A stretch of DNA of 63,364 nt, the filler included, from Reclinomonas americana ATCC 50394 (Eukaryota): assembly GCA_048213135.1 (NCBI GenBank). It is 16 parts of 16 records of this genome, joined end to end, with 100 filler letters (N's around TTAATTAATTAA, not from the genome) between each part and the next. Parts side by side here need not be neighbours in the genome. Positions count along the whole stretch, not along the records: positions 1 to 2,077 come from AFZH01017687.1; positions 2,178 to 5,244 come from AFZH01017688.1; positions 5,345 to 6,683 come from AFZH01017689.1; positions 6,784 to 8,348 come from AFZH01017691.1; positions 8,449 to 10,227 come from AFZH01017692.1; positions 10,328 to 11,619 come from AFZH01017693.1; positions 11,720 to 14,310 come from AFZH01017694.1; 9 more parts are not named here. The stretch is one strand, 5' to 3'. The notes under the pieces are model-generated. The model was not told the DNA's origin, searched no databases, and saw only the letters and a list, made by a program, of their open reading frames with translations. This document shows, piece after piece, positions 1 to 12,798 of this stretch; the first letter of the stretch is position 1; each line of letters starts with the position of its first letter. Position numbers and translations under genes: made by a program.

Positions 1-54
<54 letters not shown>

Positions 55-368
55 GGAGGGAGAGGGAGAGGCAGGGGAGATGGATGAGGGAGGATGAAAG
101 AGAGAGGGATAGGGAGGGAGGGAGAGAGAAGAGGGAAGGGGAGGGAGAGAGAAGGAAAGAGAGAGATGCTGATTGAGCACGACGTCGCGAAGAGGGAAGC
201 AAGGGAGCAACAGGAGCGAGATTTGGGGCAGGCAAGACTGGGAGAGAAGATAGAGAGGGAGAGAGGGAGAGTGTGAGAGAGAGAGAGGCTGGTCGAGCAC
301 GACGTCGCGAAGAGGGAAGCAAGGGAAGCGAAGTTGGGGCAGGCAAGACTGGGAGAGAAGACAGTGAG

Positions 369-412
<44 letters not shown>
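1..412. repeat. GA-rich low-complexity/microsatellite tract with internal ~120-bp-spaced duplication (probably intronic)
   Basis: (GA)n at 1-50 and (GATA)n/(GA)n at ~370-412. GAGCACGACGTCGCGAAGAGGGAAGCAAGGGA occurs at ~175 and ~295. Confidence 0.85.
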
Positions 413-484
413 AAACATCGTGACCCGAGAAAGGAGCCGTGTGCTGACCTTTTCCTCTCTCTTCTCTTCACTTCTCTCTTGCAG

Positions 485-3400
485 AGTACTCTGAGCCGGA
501 TCCGCAGAGCGAACTGGAACGCAAGCGACGCGCCAATCAGCTGCGGGAGAGGGGCAATGCCGCCTTTCGCGCCAATGCCGTCGACGGTGCTTTCATCGAT
601 TGCTTGGTTTTGCTCAGCACAGCACGTCGCTTTTACTCATCATTATTCATGTGCGCAGAGGCGCTCGCTCTGTACGAGGAGGCCGAACACGAGTGGCCAC
701 ACTTTGCGTCGGTGTTCCTCAACAAGGCGCAGTGTTTCATGAAAAAGTCGCAGTACTCCGAGGCCATTACGGAGTTTACGCGATGCCTGGAGATCGAGCC
801 GCACAATGTCAAGGCCCTGTTGCGCCGCGGTGTGGCCAAGCACTCCCTCGGTCGCTTCGATGATGCCTTGGAGGGTGAGAGGATGGATGATTGTGCTGTG
901 CACTTTTGCTTGCCGCCGCCGACTCACTTCCCTTTTGTGGTCGCCAGATCTGCATGCGGCGCAAGCGTTGGAGCCGAAGAATTCGGCGGTGGCACAAGCG
1001 ATTGAGGCGTGCGAGGAGGACAAGTCGGAGACGAGTATCGAGCGGCACCTGTCGACCAGTTGCGTGTGCGGCAAGCACTGTAGCTTGACATGCATGTGTG
1101 CTGAACGACTGGCACCAGGGATCGATGCCGGTGTGCCGGAGCATGTGGACGAGGTGCACAGTGAGGACGATCTGTCGGTCGCCGCGCTGAATCGCCTGGC
1201 TCGTGATTTCGCCGCCGCCGCAACGCCAGAGGCGCTGCGTGTGCCTGGCACATTCCTGAAGGCGTCACTCGGCGAGCGTCAGAATTTGGTGTTCCTGCGT
1301 GTTGGCGGTCACTTGCCGGGCATTGCCAGTCGGATGGAGGTCGACCCGAAGTTTACCACCGATGTGCTGGCACTGGTGGCGCAGAATGGTGTGTGTGGCG
1401 AAGGAGAAAAGGGGGTGCCTTTGAAAAACAATGGTGTCAGAGTTACTCAAAGCGCCTGTGTTGCAGCCAAGAATGCGGCGTGGATGGCGGAGAATGGCGC
1501 GGTGGCTCAAGTGTGCTCGTTTGTGCTGCCGGCCGACGAGCCCGCGGCTCCGTTGCGCGCCACTGCGCTGCATTGTTTGGAGATCTGTGCCGAGCATGGT
1601 GCGTGCCACACACCCTCGCAAGAATTGTGGTGAGAGATTTTGACGTGAGATGCAGATGTCGCCTGTCGCGCGATCATGGAGCATCTGTCGCTCGACTTGC
1701 TGCTGAATTTGCTCAAGGAGAACTCGCCGCTGGATCTCATCACACAGGCCGCGGTGTTGAGCATTCTTGATCGCGCGTTTAAGATTGGTGGGTGGCCGAA
1801 GGGGGGCAAAGGGAAAGGGAAGAGGGATAAGAGGGGAAGGGAGAATGCGAGAGAAGGGAAAAAGTGATAAGGAAGGCAAGGAAGTGAAAGAGTGTGGTGT
1901 AGAGAGACATGAGAGGAGGAGAAGAATGGAGTCAGCCTCAGATGCGCGTGAAGTAACGCTTTGGAGGGCACGGGCAGGGTTTGATTGATTGACAGACATG
2001 GCGAAGCAGAGGAGCGAGAGGAGGCAATGGAAGGGGTGGAGTGAGCGACAGAAGTAGAAGAGGGTGGATGCAAGAAANNNNNNNNNNNNNNNNNNNNNNN
2101 NNNNNNNNNNNNNNNNNNNNNTTAATTAATTAANNNNNNNNNNNNNNNNNNNNNNNNNNNNNNNNNNNNNNNNNNNNTTTCTCCTCCGCCTTCTCTTCTC
2201 CTCAGCCCCTATTAGATTTCTCTTGTGCCTCTCCTCCTCCTCCTTCTTCTCTCTCTCTCTCTCTCTCTCCAGTCTGCCAAGTGGGTGGGTTGGCATACTT
2301 TTGTCTCTGCCCCCACTGTTGTCGCCGGGTGCGATTTGCTATTCATCGATGAATGTGAAGCAATTGGGCTGTGATCTATCCCTTTGCCAAGTTGTATTCG
2401 TCTAACCATTCTCTCTGTGTCGCAGGTTCTTGGCGCCGCGAGTTCCACTCCAGCGCCGTCTTGCACCTCACCAGCGCATTCATGCTTCGCGACAATCGAG
2501 CCACGCAAGAGATGGCCGCAGGTGCCTCCTCCTCTCCATCTTCTGTTTCTCTCTCACTCCCACTCACTCTCCTTACGACAGCCTTCTTGATGACCATGTC
2601 GCAAGACGAGTTCCTGCGCAAGCGCATGACAAATCTGCGAGTGTATCAGGCGCTGCTCGAGTTCCTGCGGCGGGAGGTGGGCGCCATGAGTACCGAGCAC
2701 GTGCCTACGTCGCTGCTGCTGGAGGCCACTCTGTCGGCGCTGGCCAATGTGTCGTTGGAACGTTGAGTGAGGGACTCACGCACGCTCCCCTTGTCTCCCC
2801 TCCCGACGCTCACACATCTCGTCTTCCTGCAGACGACGCGGTGGAGCAGTTCGCCAACGCCAACATGGTGCCGGTGGTCGGACGACTGCTGCCAGGGCGC
2901 GGCGAGGAGGGCGAGGAGGTGTTTGCGCCGCCGAGTCCGCGTGGTGGTCAGCAGAGTGCGAATGTGATTGTGCGACGCACTGTGTTGTTCCTCTCGCGGT
3001 GCACCTCGCACGGTGAGCGTTTGTTGCGGAAGTGGAGTGTCACACGGTGTGGTTGCGCTCATTGTCGTGTTCTGCAGAGCGCGTGGTCGCGGCGTTGACG
3101 GGCAGCGAACGGTGGGTGTTGGCGCGAGTGACGCCGTATTTGCGAGAGGTGCAGGACGAGATTGCCGAGTCTGCCGTGCGTATCTTGGCGGCGTGTGTGC
3201 AGCGAGGTGAGAATTTCGTTTACATGGAGGGTGTTCTTGAGTCGATCGCCTCATTGATTGCCACAGAGCCAACGCTGCTGGTGGCGTCGGGTTCGCTGGG
3301 TAATGTGATTGCACAACTCAGCTCGACTAATGTGCGCACTGCCGCCAATGCGGCGGCGTGCATTGGACGAGCGGCTGTCGAGCGTTGCGTGCAGATGTGG

Positions 3401-3721
3401 GTGCAAGGCGATTTCCCTTCCACGTGCCAGCTCACTTGTTGATTGCAGCCAACGTGTCGGTCGCCGTGCGACAGATGGGTGCCATCGACAAGCTGGTGGC
3501 CATGCTCCGCGACGGAGTCGATACGATCAAGAAGAAGGCCGCGTACGCGCTCGCTCGTCTCGCGCAAGATCGTACGTCGTCGCGCTCTATACGTCGCCTC
3601 ACGTGTTCGTGCGCACTCACGCTTTCGTCGCGCAGCCGAAAACGTGTCGGTCATTCGAGATCTGCACGGCATCGATCTGATGATGCAGTACAAGAACAGG
3701 CTGCTCGAGGAGCGCCGATAG
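485..3721 (+). CDS. TTC12: TPR + armadillo-repeat protein, TTC12-like (5' exon(s) outside window; spans gap 2078-2177)
   Basis: Spliced exons give TPRs (ANQLRERGNAAF, VFLNKAQCFMK, PHNVKALLRRG) followed by ARM repeats. The C-terminus AAYALARLAQDPENVSVIRDLHGIDLM resembles the TTC12 end (…LRKLHGLEIL). GT-AG introns are frame-consistent; stop at 3719-3721. Confidence 0.7.
2078..2177. other. Scaffold gap with artificial six-frame stop linker (first of 15)
   Basis: 44 N + TTAATTAATTAA + 44 N. The same linker starts at 5245, 6684, 8349, 10228, 11620, 14311, 24297, 28459, 37623, 41976, 44293, 50999, 54631 and 61310. Confidence 0.98.
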
Positions 3722-3806
3722 AGGAGGAGGCGGGGGTGTGTGCACATGGGAGCAAGTTCGTAAAACAACGATGAAAAACACTACATTTTTTTGGAGGGGA
3801 TGTATG

Positions 3807-5160
3807 TTACCACGATCCGCCTCCATTGTCATTACCACCGCCACCGCCATTCCCGCCGCCAGGTGTCTTCAACACCCAGGTGCCGGGGCATGTTCTGGAG
3901 AGCCAGAATCCCCACGCAGAGCCGAACACCAGTCCAAAGTTCAAACCAAATGCCTGCGTCACGTTGGCGGTCAGCATAACCATTGCGAAACAACGATCCT
4001 CTTTCAGCAGCTGCTGCTCACCATGCACGTGCCGACAAGCTCCTGCAACCGCCTCCTGTGTCGTGCCGACTTGATGCCACGTCGATCAAGCTCGTCATCG
4101 TTGGCTGCCGAGGTGCCGTAGATCATGCACAGTGCTGCGTCGCAGAAATTAGTATCAGGTGCAGATCCAACTCTTCTCGTTGCGCGAATGGGTACGCACT
4201 GCCCACGAGACCCTGCGTGAAACCGAGGAGAATCATGACAATAATAATGCCGGCCGTAGAGGAGATTGTGCGCGGCCAGATCTGCTCGACAGGAGAGATG
4301 AGAAGGGATACAGCAACAAGCATTTTGGAGAACGCCGCGCACCATGTGCAGCATCACGGGAATGAAGACGACGGCTCGTACCGCGGCTGCCGGAAGGAGC
4401 CACGAGCGGCGCAGCAGCAGGCCGTAGCGATTCACAAAACGGCCAACAAAATCCGATGCGTTGACAGCGAACTGCGTCAGGAGGGTGAGAGGGAAGACAG
4501 AGAAAGGATACGATTCTTGCCACGCACAATGTTGATCAGGGGCCACAATCCGTGCGACAGTGTCCACGTCGATGGCAGTGGGATCTGCGGGAGTATGGTG
4601 AGCCAATGAGATGGCACTTGTAGAGCTGCTTCCTCTGCCAAACCTCGGTGATGAATCCCGGGAAGAGAAGGAGGGTGACGCCGTAGGTCATGAACACGGC
4701 AAGGGCGTCGGCCCAGCAGTACTTGGCGGCCTCGCCGACCTTGCCGAGCTCGCGGAGAATGGAGCCGCGTCGCTTGAGGGTGACGGCTGCGTGCGTCGCA
4801 ACCGTCAGACACTTCCTCACATTAATCTCCATTTCTCTCTCTCGCTCTCTCTGTCTCTCTGTCTCTCTCTCTCTCTCTCTCGCTGTCTGTATCTCTCTCT
4901 CTCTCTCTGTCTCTGTCTCTCTCTCTCTCTCCCACCTGGCTGCGACTGCGCGGCATCCTTCTCGTGTCCCTCCAACAGCGGCGACTTGAGCGGCGACTGC
5001 TGTCGCGACAGCTCCTCCTCAATGTCTTGCTGCTCCCGCAGCTTGCGTACGGTGTAGTACTGCCAGAACGGTGTGCGCAGCACGTACAGGTAGCACACCA
5101 CGCAGGCGAGCAGGATGAATGCTGACAGGGCGAAGAAGATGGCGGCGCTGTTGCGGAGGT
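3807..5160 (-). CDS. Equilibrative nucleoside transporter (SLC29/ENT family), 3' half; 5' exons lost in gap
   Basis: Exons give SAAIFFALSAFILLACVVCYLY, AVFMTYGVTLLLFPG, NASDFVGR, LLGFTQGLVGTLCMIYG and ELVGTCMAFGLNFGLVFGS, matching the ENT TM6-TM11 pattern. Confidence 0.85.
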
Positions 5161-5344
5161 CTGCGCAGGGGGAAAGAGGAAGGAGGGGGGAGAGGACGGA
5201 GGGGGGAGAGGGAGTGGAGGGGAGGAGGAGTAGGAGTAGGGGGANNNNNNNNNNNNNNNNNNNNNNNNNNNNNNNNNNNNNNNNNNNNTTAATTAATTAA
5301 NNNNNNNNNNNNNNNNNNNNNNNNNNNNNNNNNNNNNNNNNNNN

Positions 5345-6245
5345 AGGATGATGGGCATGGTGGCACGGAAGGGGACAGTGGTAATGCAGAAGCAAAAAGA
5401 GAAAGAACAAGCAACGAGGCATCAAGTCCGAGTGCAAAACAAGTACAACAGGAGACGAGAAGACCATGGCAAGAGCGACACGGGCAGCCGAAGTCCGTGA
5501 GAAAAGGGGAAGAACGCTGGCTTGTAAGGGGTGGAGAGAAAGAGGCAACAAGAACAACTGGAGACGGTGAACGCCATGAGAAGTCCACGAGAAGAACACG
5601 TGAGTGCAAGCAACAAAGAGGCATCAAGTCCGAGTGCAAAACAAGAGCAACAGGGGACCATGGCATGAGCGACACGGGGTAGCTGAAGTCCGTGAGAAGA
5701 GGGAAAGAACGCTGGCGTGTAAGGGGTGAAGAGAAAGAGGCAACAGGAGCAACAGGAGACGGTAAACGCCATGAGAAGTCCACGAGAAGAACGCGTGAGT
5801 GCAAGCAACAAAGAGGCATCAAGTCCGAGTGCGATACAAGAGCAACAGGAGACGAGAAGAACGCTGGAATGTGAGCGACGAAGAGGCATCAAGTCCGAGT
5901 GTGATACAGGAACAACATGACTAAGAGCGACATGAGAAGGCAAGGAGACCATGACACGAGGCAGGAAGTCCGTGAGAAAAGGGGAAGAACGCTGGTGTGT
6001 AAGGGGAAAGAGGCAACAAGAGCAACAGGAGACGGAGAACGCCATGAGAAGTCCACGAGAAGAACGCGTGAGTACAAGCAACAAACAGGCATCAAGTCCG
6101 AGTGCGATACAAGAGCAACAAGAGACCATGGCATGAGCGACACGGGGCAACCGAATTCCGTGAGAAGAGGGGAAGAACGCAGGTGTGTAAGGGGTGAAGA
6201 GAAAGAGGCAACAAGAACAACAAGAGACGATGAAGACCATCATCA
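5345..6245. repeat. Degenerate modular minisatellite, ~200-bp unit, ~4.5 copies
   Basis: (G/C)AGGCATCAAGTCCGAGTG at ~5416, 5618, 5813, 5883 and 6086. GCCATGAGAAGTCCACGAGAAGAAC occurs 3 times and TCCGTGAGAA 4 times. Confidence 0.85.
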
Positions 6246-6309
6246 TGAAATCATATCAATCACCCATCCCGCACACACTCACCCTCTCATAATGCACTCT
6301 TCTCTCTAC

Positions 6310-6659
6310 CAGTTGCTGCAGTTGAAGGTGTTACCCGTGGCCTGCGTCTCCGCAAACGACGACGGATCCGCCATTCCCATTCCGTACGTCGGCACACTGC
6401 CGGCCACCGACATGCACCCACCGTCCACACTCGAGTTCTGCGACACGAGATTCGCCAGCTGCGCGCGAGTGGAGAAGAGTGTGAGAGAGAGATAAGTGTG
6501 TGCCACGCACTTGCTCTCTTTGTGTGCGTGTGTCTACTTCTCGCACTCTCGTTGAATCTGTGCATCATCGTGTTTTCGTCTTTACACACACACACAAGCA
6601 GTCTACTCTCCTTCTCCAGTACTCACCTGTGGGTTCGCAAAGATCGCGTCTTGGTTCAT
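6310..6659 (-). CDS. Two exons of an unidentified gene (MNQDAIFANPQ|LANLVSQNSSVDGGCMSV…NCSNW)
   Basis: CAG|GTGAGT donor and GCGCAG acceptor join in frame, then a donor at 6309. No recognisable family; may belong to the RRM gene across the gap. Confidence 0.4.
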
Positions 6660-6837
6660 TGCAAAAAAAAACTTTTGATGGCCNNNNNNNNNNNNNNNNN
6701 NNNNNNNNNNNNNNNNNNNNNNNNNNNTTAATTAATTAANNNNNNNNNNNNNNNNNNNNNNNNNNNNNNNNNNNNNNNNNNNNTGAATGGCGGGAAAACT
6801 CACTTTCACAAGAATGTTTCTGTGTGAGACACGCAAC

Positions 6838-7090
6838 AAGGCAGGTTCTTGATCACAATCGTATCATTGGGCTCCGCGGGCTCCACAGGCACCAGTGAGG
6901 CCGAGGCCGCGTCCATCACTCCGCCATCATCGGGAGACGCCATGTCGTCCTCAAAGTCGCCCCCGCCACCCGAGGCGGTGGCCGCCAACATGCCTGCACC
7001 CAGAGCACCCACGTTGGCGCCCGGCTGCGGCACCTGGCCAGTTGTAAAAGTCACTTCATCAAAGTACAGCTCTCCAGAGAGATGAGACAT
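6838..7090 (-). CDS. First exon of an RRM-domain RNA-binding protein (Pin4/Cip2-like start)
   Basis: ATG at 7090. The ORF ends in NDTIVIKNLP, an RNP2-like motif, followed by a phase-1 GTTGCG donor at 6837. The rest lies in the gap. Confidence 0.55.
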
Positions 7091-7976
7091 GTTGTTTCGA
7101 ACGGCTTTTTCTTTTTAAACAAAAAACACACAAAGTGGTTAACGAAGGAGGAATGAGGGGATATACGGGATAGAGGGGAAAGGGAAAGGAGGAGAAAGAG
7201 AGAGAGGGAAAGAAGGAGAGCGGGATAGGAGAGGAAAAGGTAACTGGAGGACAGCGCAGGACAGGATTAGTATACCATGGTTTTGCAAGTGAAGAACGAG
7301 CAGTCGACAAAGCATATTTGCCTCACTCGTTCTTCGGCTGCATTTTGCATATTTGAGTAGAGTAATGGCAAATTATAAGCACCCCCGTTTGTTGCAATTG
7401 GTGAAGCTCGTTCCGCAGAAAGAAAGCGACGAATGCAAAGGTGCTGTTGTGCTTGGACATGCGCTAGGGAAGCATGAAGGTGCATAGGAAGACCATTTTG
7501 CAGCGCGGTCTTGCGTGCGTGGCCATGGGGAAAGCGTCGACGTCGAAAATCAGCCGACGTCGACGTTCAAAATTGTGCAGAGAGCGTTCATGCAAGTGAC
7601 TTTCACGACAGCGTATTCGTCAAGGCACAAGGACGCACGTAAGTGCAGTCGAAACTCTGGCGCGAGACATTTGCACTCAAAATCCTTTTGAGGCAGATGA
7701 CGCGCGCGTTTGATACCAATTTGCTTCCTGAAAGGGAAGCTGAGGCACATGTTGGAGATGTGTCGAAACATTGTTGATGTGCCAAGGCCATCATCGGCAA
7801 GGGATTTGTGGACATTTGTTGCATTTTCTGTCCTCGACGTCATTGATTGACTCACTTGTGTTCCTCGCCTCTGTCAGAGTGTACATCCCCGCTGCAAGCG
7901 CTCTTCCCCTTTGCTCCTTCTTCCCCTCATATTCTTTGTTTGCAAGTGTGCAAGTGCGTGCGTGAGTGAGTGAGTC

Positions 7977-8296
7977 ATGCGACATCCCCCGGCCTCGTCT
8001 GCGGCGCCCTCGGCTTCTGCGCCCGCCGCCGCACAACAACCACAACAGGCACCATCACAGCAGTTGTCGTCGTCTGCATCACAGTCGTCGCTGATTGGAA
8101 GCATCACGTCGGTGTTTGCGGAACTCAAGAGCAAGTGTGAGGAGAGAGGGAGAGGGAGGGAGGAAAGGGAGGAAAGGGAGAGGGGAGATGAGGGGAGGAG
8201 AGGAGAGAGAAGAAAAAGAAGGAGAAGAGAGAGAGAGATGAGATGATGAGATGAAGAGATGAGAGAATCGCAGTACACACGCGCGCAGATGCATAC

Positions 8297-8348
<52 letters not shown>

Positions 8349-8467
8349 NNNNNNNNNNNNNNNNNNNNNNNNNNNNNNNNNNNNNNNNNNNNTTAATTAA
8401 TTAANNNNNNNNNNNNNNNNNNNNNNNNNNNNNNNNNNNNNNNNNNNNCCTTCCTCCTCTCTTCTCT

Positions 8468-8511
<44 letters not shown>

Positions 8512-8768
8512 TCACACACCCTTGCTCCTTCTCGTTTATTGTTCTGCCTCTTCTCCTTTGCCTTCTTCGTGCTGATGATTTCTTCCTTCTTGTGCCCCCG
8601 CAGACGAGGAGGAGAGCACACGACGGATGCGTCTGATCGATGTGTTCTTGGTGTTTGTGGTGATGGTGGCGGCGACTCAGTTCGGATACATGCTGCTGGT
8701 GGGCTCGTTCCCGTACAACTCGTACTTGTCGGGATTCATGGCGTGCGGTGGAATGTTTGTGTTGGCCG
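7977..8768 (+). CDS. DAD1: Oligosaccharyltransferase subunit DAD1/OST2 (3' exon not seen)
   Basis: Exons join across the gap as ELKSK|YEEESTRRMRLIDVFLVFVVMVAATQFGYMLLVGSFPYNSYLSGFMACGGMFVLA, matching the DAD1 signature ([20 protein letters not shown]). Confidence 0.92.
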
Positions 8769-9769
8769 GTGAGTACGGAGAGGGAGAGGGAGAGGGAGGG
8801 AGGGAGGGAGAGTGCAGATTCTCTTTCCTGCTGCTGATAGGAGAGGGATGGGCCACAGGACAGATTGTCGCTTGCTTCAGTCTCTCTCTTGCACACACTT
8901 TCTTTGTGTCTGTCTGTCCGTCTCTGTGTCTGTCTGTCGTGTCGCTTTCTCTCTCTGTTTGAGTGTTTGTCTATCTGTTTGTCTGACTGCCTGTCTGTCG
9001 CGTGGCATCTCTGCTTCATGAGGCGCTCTCCCTGTGTCACGACCGTCTGTCTATTCATCAACGCCAATCCGACGAGGCACGATGGTGCACCGTGTTTGCG
9101 TTTCTTTCCTGCTGCACAATCGCGAGCTTGGTTTTTCCTGCACTTGACTTTACAGCGTCTGGCTTTGCACTGTGTCTGGTTTTGCCCTTTTCCATTTCTC
9201 CTGCAATCAACTTCTTGCCTTCCTCGCCAACTGTGCATCCCTTCTGCTTTGAATTGTCTTGTTCTCTTTCACTTCCCATCGCAGCACATGAACTTCACCT
9301 CGTCTTGCTCTCCCACTGCTAGTTGTCTTGTTCTTCGCCCCGCTTGAGCCACCTTGTCTTGCCCATCAACACCGCGCTGTCTTGCACGTCATCAGCTTTG
9401 CCTCTTCTAGCATTCCTCCCATTCGATCTCATCGGCTTCGTGTCTTCGCAATGCACGCTGTCATTGTTAATCTGCCTTTGCAATGCTCTTGACTCTCCAC
9501 CGAGCACGCTGGTGTCTCTCACTTCTTTCTTTTCCGCTCGCACATCGTGTTGCATCTAGAGTCCGCATGATCGCCCCGTCTGTCATGCTTCCTCCAAGTC
9601 CTTTTCCCCAATCCCGTCTGTCTTGTTTCAGCGCATCGCGCGACATTCTTCTCCACGACATCTCTCACTTCTCAGTTGCTTTTCGCCTCTCTGCGCACTC
9701 AGTCCACATCCCGTGTGTCTTTCTTCGCCTTTACAAGACTTGCACGTCTCATTCCTCCCGCCCTTTCTC

Positions 9770-10227
9770 TGTTGCTCGGCGTTTCTCGTGCGTACCCTTT
9801 CGAGTCCCCTTCCCGTCTGCCATGCTTCTGCTTCTCCCTTGCGAGTCTCTCGCTTCTCATTCCATCCGCGTTTCTCTGTTGATTAGTTTCTCGTGCGCAC
9901 CCATTCGAGTCTCCCTCCCCCTTCCCGCCTATATTGCTTGTGCTTCTGACTCACGAGATTTCTGTGTCCCTTGCCCCTGCACTTCTCAGTTGCTTGGCGT
10001 TTCCCGTGCACACCTTTCGAGACCCTTTCCCCTTCCCACCTGTCTTGCTTCTCCTCCCGCTCGTTCTCATTTGCTTGGCGTTTGCTGTGCATATCTATGC
10101 AAGACCCTTTCCCCACACCCTATCGCGCCCCTTTCACCCTTCCCTTTCCTCCCCCGCCCTCACCCTTTCCCTCTCCCCCTCCCGCTCTTCTCATTCGCTT
10201 GGCGTTTGCTGTGCACATCTATGCCAG
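9770..10227. repeat. Degenerate ~85-125-bp-period tandem repeat
   Basis: TTGCT(T/C)GGCGTTT…GTGC…CCC-like units at ~9771, 9880, 9989, 10071 and 10195. Confidence 0.6.
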
Positions 10228-10359
10228 NNNNNNNNNNNNNNNNNNNNNNNNNNNNNNNNNNNNNNNNNNNNTTAATTAATTAANNNNNNNNNNNNNNNNN
10301 NNNNNNNNNNNNNNNNNNNNNNNNNNNACACACACACACCACCACCACACGACGACGAC

Positions 10360-10687
<328 letters not shown>

Positions 10688-11719
10688 GACACACGACGAG
10701 CGCTCAGCAAACAGCCAAAAAAACAAAAAAAATAGGGAGCAGAAACGAATCCGGAGAATACGCTCACGGGCGCCGAGAGAAACGGCGCAGAGTGGAGAGG
10801 AAGAAAACAAAAGCGCGGTCGGTTGAGGAGCAAAAGTTAAAAATGCAACACGAGAGAAGAAGAGCGGAGCCAATGAATGAATGTCGAGTCGTGACAGTGA
10901 CGCTACAAAACGGACTTTTCACACAGCCAGCGAGAGGCGGAGAGAGGAGGAGAGAAAGGCACACACACGCGCACACACACAGAGAGAGAGCAAGAGAGAA
11001 CACGGGGGAAAAAACAAACTCTTTTTTTAACCATCACGTGTCAAGCCAAGAATATCACTGCGACTTTCTCTCTCCTCCCAAGTCACACTGCTCTTCTGTG
11101 CGCGCCTCCCCGCGCGAGAAAACTACAGACAGCGGAGAAAAGAAGAAAGAGAAGCAGTGTGTGTGTGTGTGCGTCGTCGTGCGCGTAATGGCAAAGACAC
11201 AACTCACACACACACACAAAGACAGACACGCACACGCGCGCAAGTCATGCACGCGTGAGACAGGGAGACAGGAGAGACACACGGCGCGCATGGCACAGAG
11301 AGTGCAGATGGCACGAGTGACGACAGTGACGAGGAGGAGGAGGAGGAAAAAAACGAGGTCGGAGATGCGCGACCATGTGCACACGCAAACACAACCCCGC
11401 AAAACACCACACACACAAGAAGAACGCCAGAAGACAAATAGCTTTCACACACAAACACCCTATCCGCCGCACACCTCCGTCATCTGATCTCGAAAGCTTG
11501 TGTGAAAAAAAGTCAATGAAAGTTACCGCGGGCGTCGGTAAGCCGCCTTGACGATTGCGTAATTTCCGCTCAATCAAAATCCGTCCCGCCATTTTGCAAT
11601 GCAAACGGGAGAGTTGGTCNNNNNNNNNNNNNNNNNNNNNNNNNNNNNNNNNNNNNNNNNNNNTTAATTAATTAANNNNNNNNNNNNNNNNNNNNNNNNN
11701 NNNNNNNNNNNNNNNNNNN

Positions 11720-12152
11720 TGTAGATGTTGCCGTTGCAGTAGACGCACGCCACCAGCTTGGTGCCGTCGGTGCTGGAGGCCACACTGACCCAGTAGCGAT
11801 TCGTGTCGCGCGGCGTCCATGTCGCACCCGAGTCGGTGGAGGTGTAGATGCGGCCGAACTCGACGACGGCCACCAGCTTGGAGCCGTCGGCGTTGGAGGC
11901 CACCGACCACCAAATGCGCTTCGACTCGTGAGCGGTTGCGGCAGTCGGTGCCGCACATGTGGTCCCTCCACCTGGTGTTTAGCAGTCGTCGTCAGTCACG
12001 ATGAGGTTGCAGGGAAAGTGAATGCATGACCACCATCATGAGCATGCAAAAACGCAACGGACGCTGATGGACGAGTCGTGAGCGTGAACAAGCGCCGAAG
12101 CACACACCAGCGCCAGCACCAGTGCCACAAGCACGCTGGTCCAAGTTGTCAT
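11720..12152 (-). CDS. Secreted beta-propeller repeat protein, paralog B (3' part lost in gap)
   Basis: Signal peptide MTTWTSVLVALVLALVCASALVHA, intron 12058-11972, then repeats WWSVASNADGSKLVAVVEFGRIYTSTDSGATW. Near-identical to the paralog starting at 14991. Confidence 0.85.
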
Positions 12153-12260
12153 TGGTTTATGTCAAGCACTGCCACACACACACGCTGGAAAATTTAACGC
12201 GCGCGAAAACGGGGCGAACAAAGGGCGAACCCGAATGGCTCGAGCGAATGGTGGGTGACA

Positions 12261-12306
<46 letters not shown>

Positions 12307-12798
12307 AGGCGTGAGTGGGTGCGAAGTGGGCCGGCGCATGTATCGCAGCGTGTGCTGCTCACGAACGACTGTACCTGCTGCTGCACGACGAAGTGTACAA
12401 GATGCAAAGCTGAAGCACTCACCAGTATCTGAAGAGACTCGCCAGTGTGTGAATTACCACGCAGTTCTGTCGCAGCGAGGTAGAGTACGAGAAGAGTGTC
12501 GCGAATGTGCAAACACACAGCGTGCGAGAAACCCAAATTGACGGAGTTTGTTGTGCGGCGAATCTGGCATGGAAAATGTTGCATTTAAAGTAACCAACTA
12601 TGTGCAACCCATTCCTCCTGCAATAAACGTATCACGTAGTGCAGAGAATCGAGACAACAGAAACTTAAATAACTCGAACGGTACGGAAAGGAACCACGTA
12701 CGCGTGCACGTGATCGGTTCGAACGTTCATTCACGATTGGGTGACACAGAACGCGTTCCCGCTGCGGTGCGGATTCCAGTTGCCTGCATTCCCCCAGA

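Noticed and set aside
2122..2133. Recurrent TTAATTAATTAA palindrome as a biological motif
   Set aside because: It is always centred in 44N+44N padding, so it is an assembly linker with stops in all six frames.
5345..6245. CRISPR array, or coding ORFs 5422-6246 and 5917-6495
   Set aside because: The sequence between conserved blocks is itself repeated rather than unique spacers, there are no cas genes, and the context is eukaryotic. The ORFs are by-products of the repeat.
7267..7860. ORFs 7267-7485 and 7550-7855 as a transposon remnant or gene
   Set aside because: No recognisable motifs or terminal repeats; treated as divergent intergenic DNA.
8770..10227. Long ORFs 8393-9238 and 9483-10283, or the missing DAD1 3' exon
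   Set aside because: These are low-complexity translations of CT-rich repeat DNA; the DAD1 C-terminal motif was not found and is probably in the gap.
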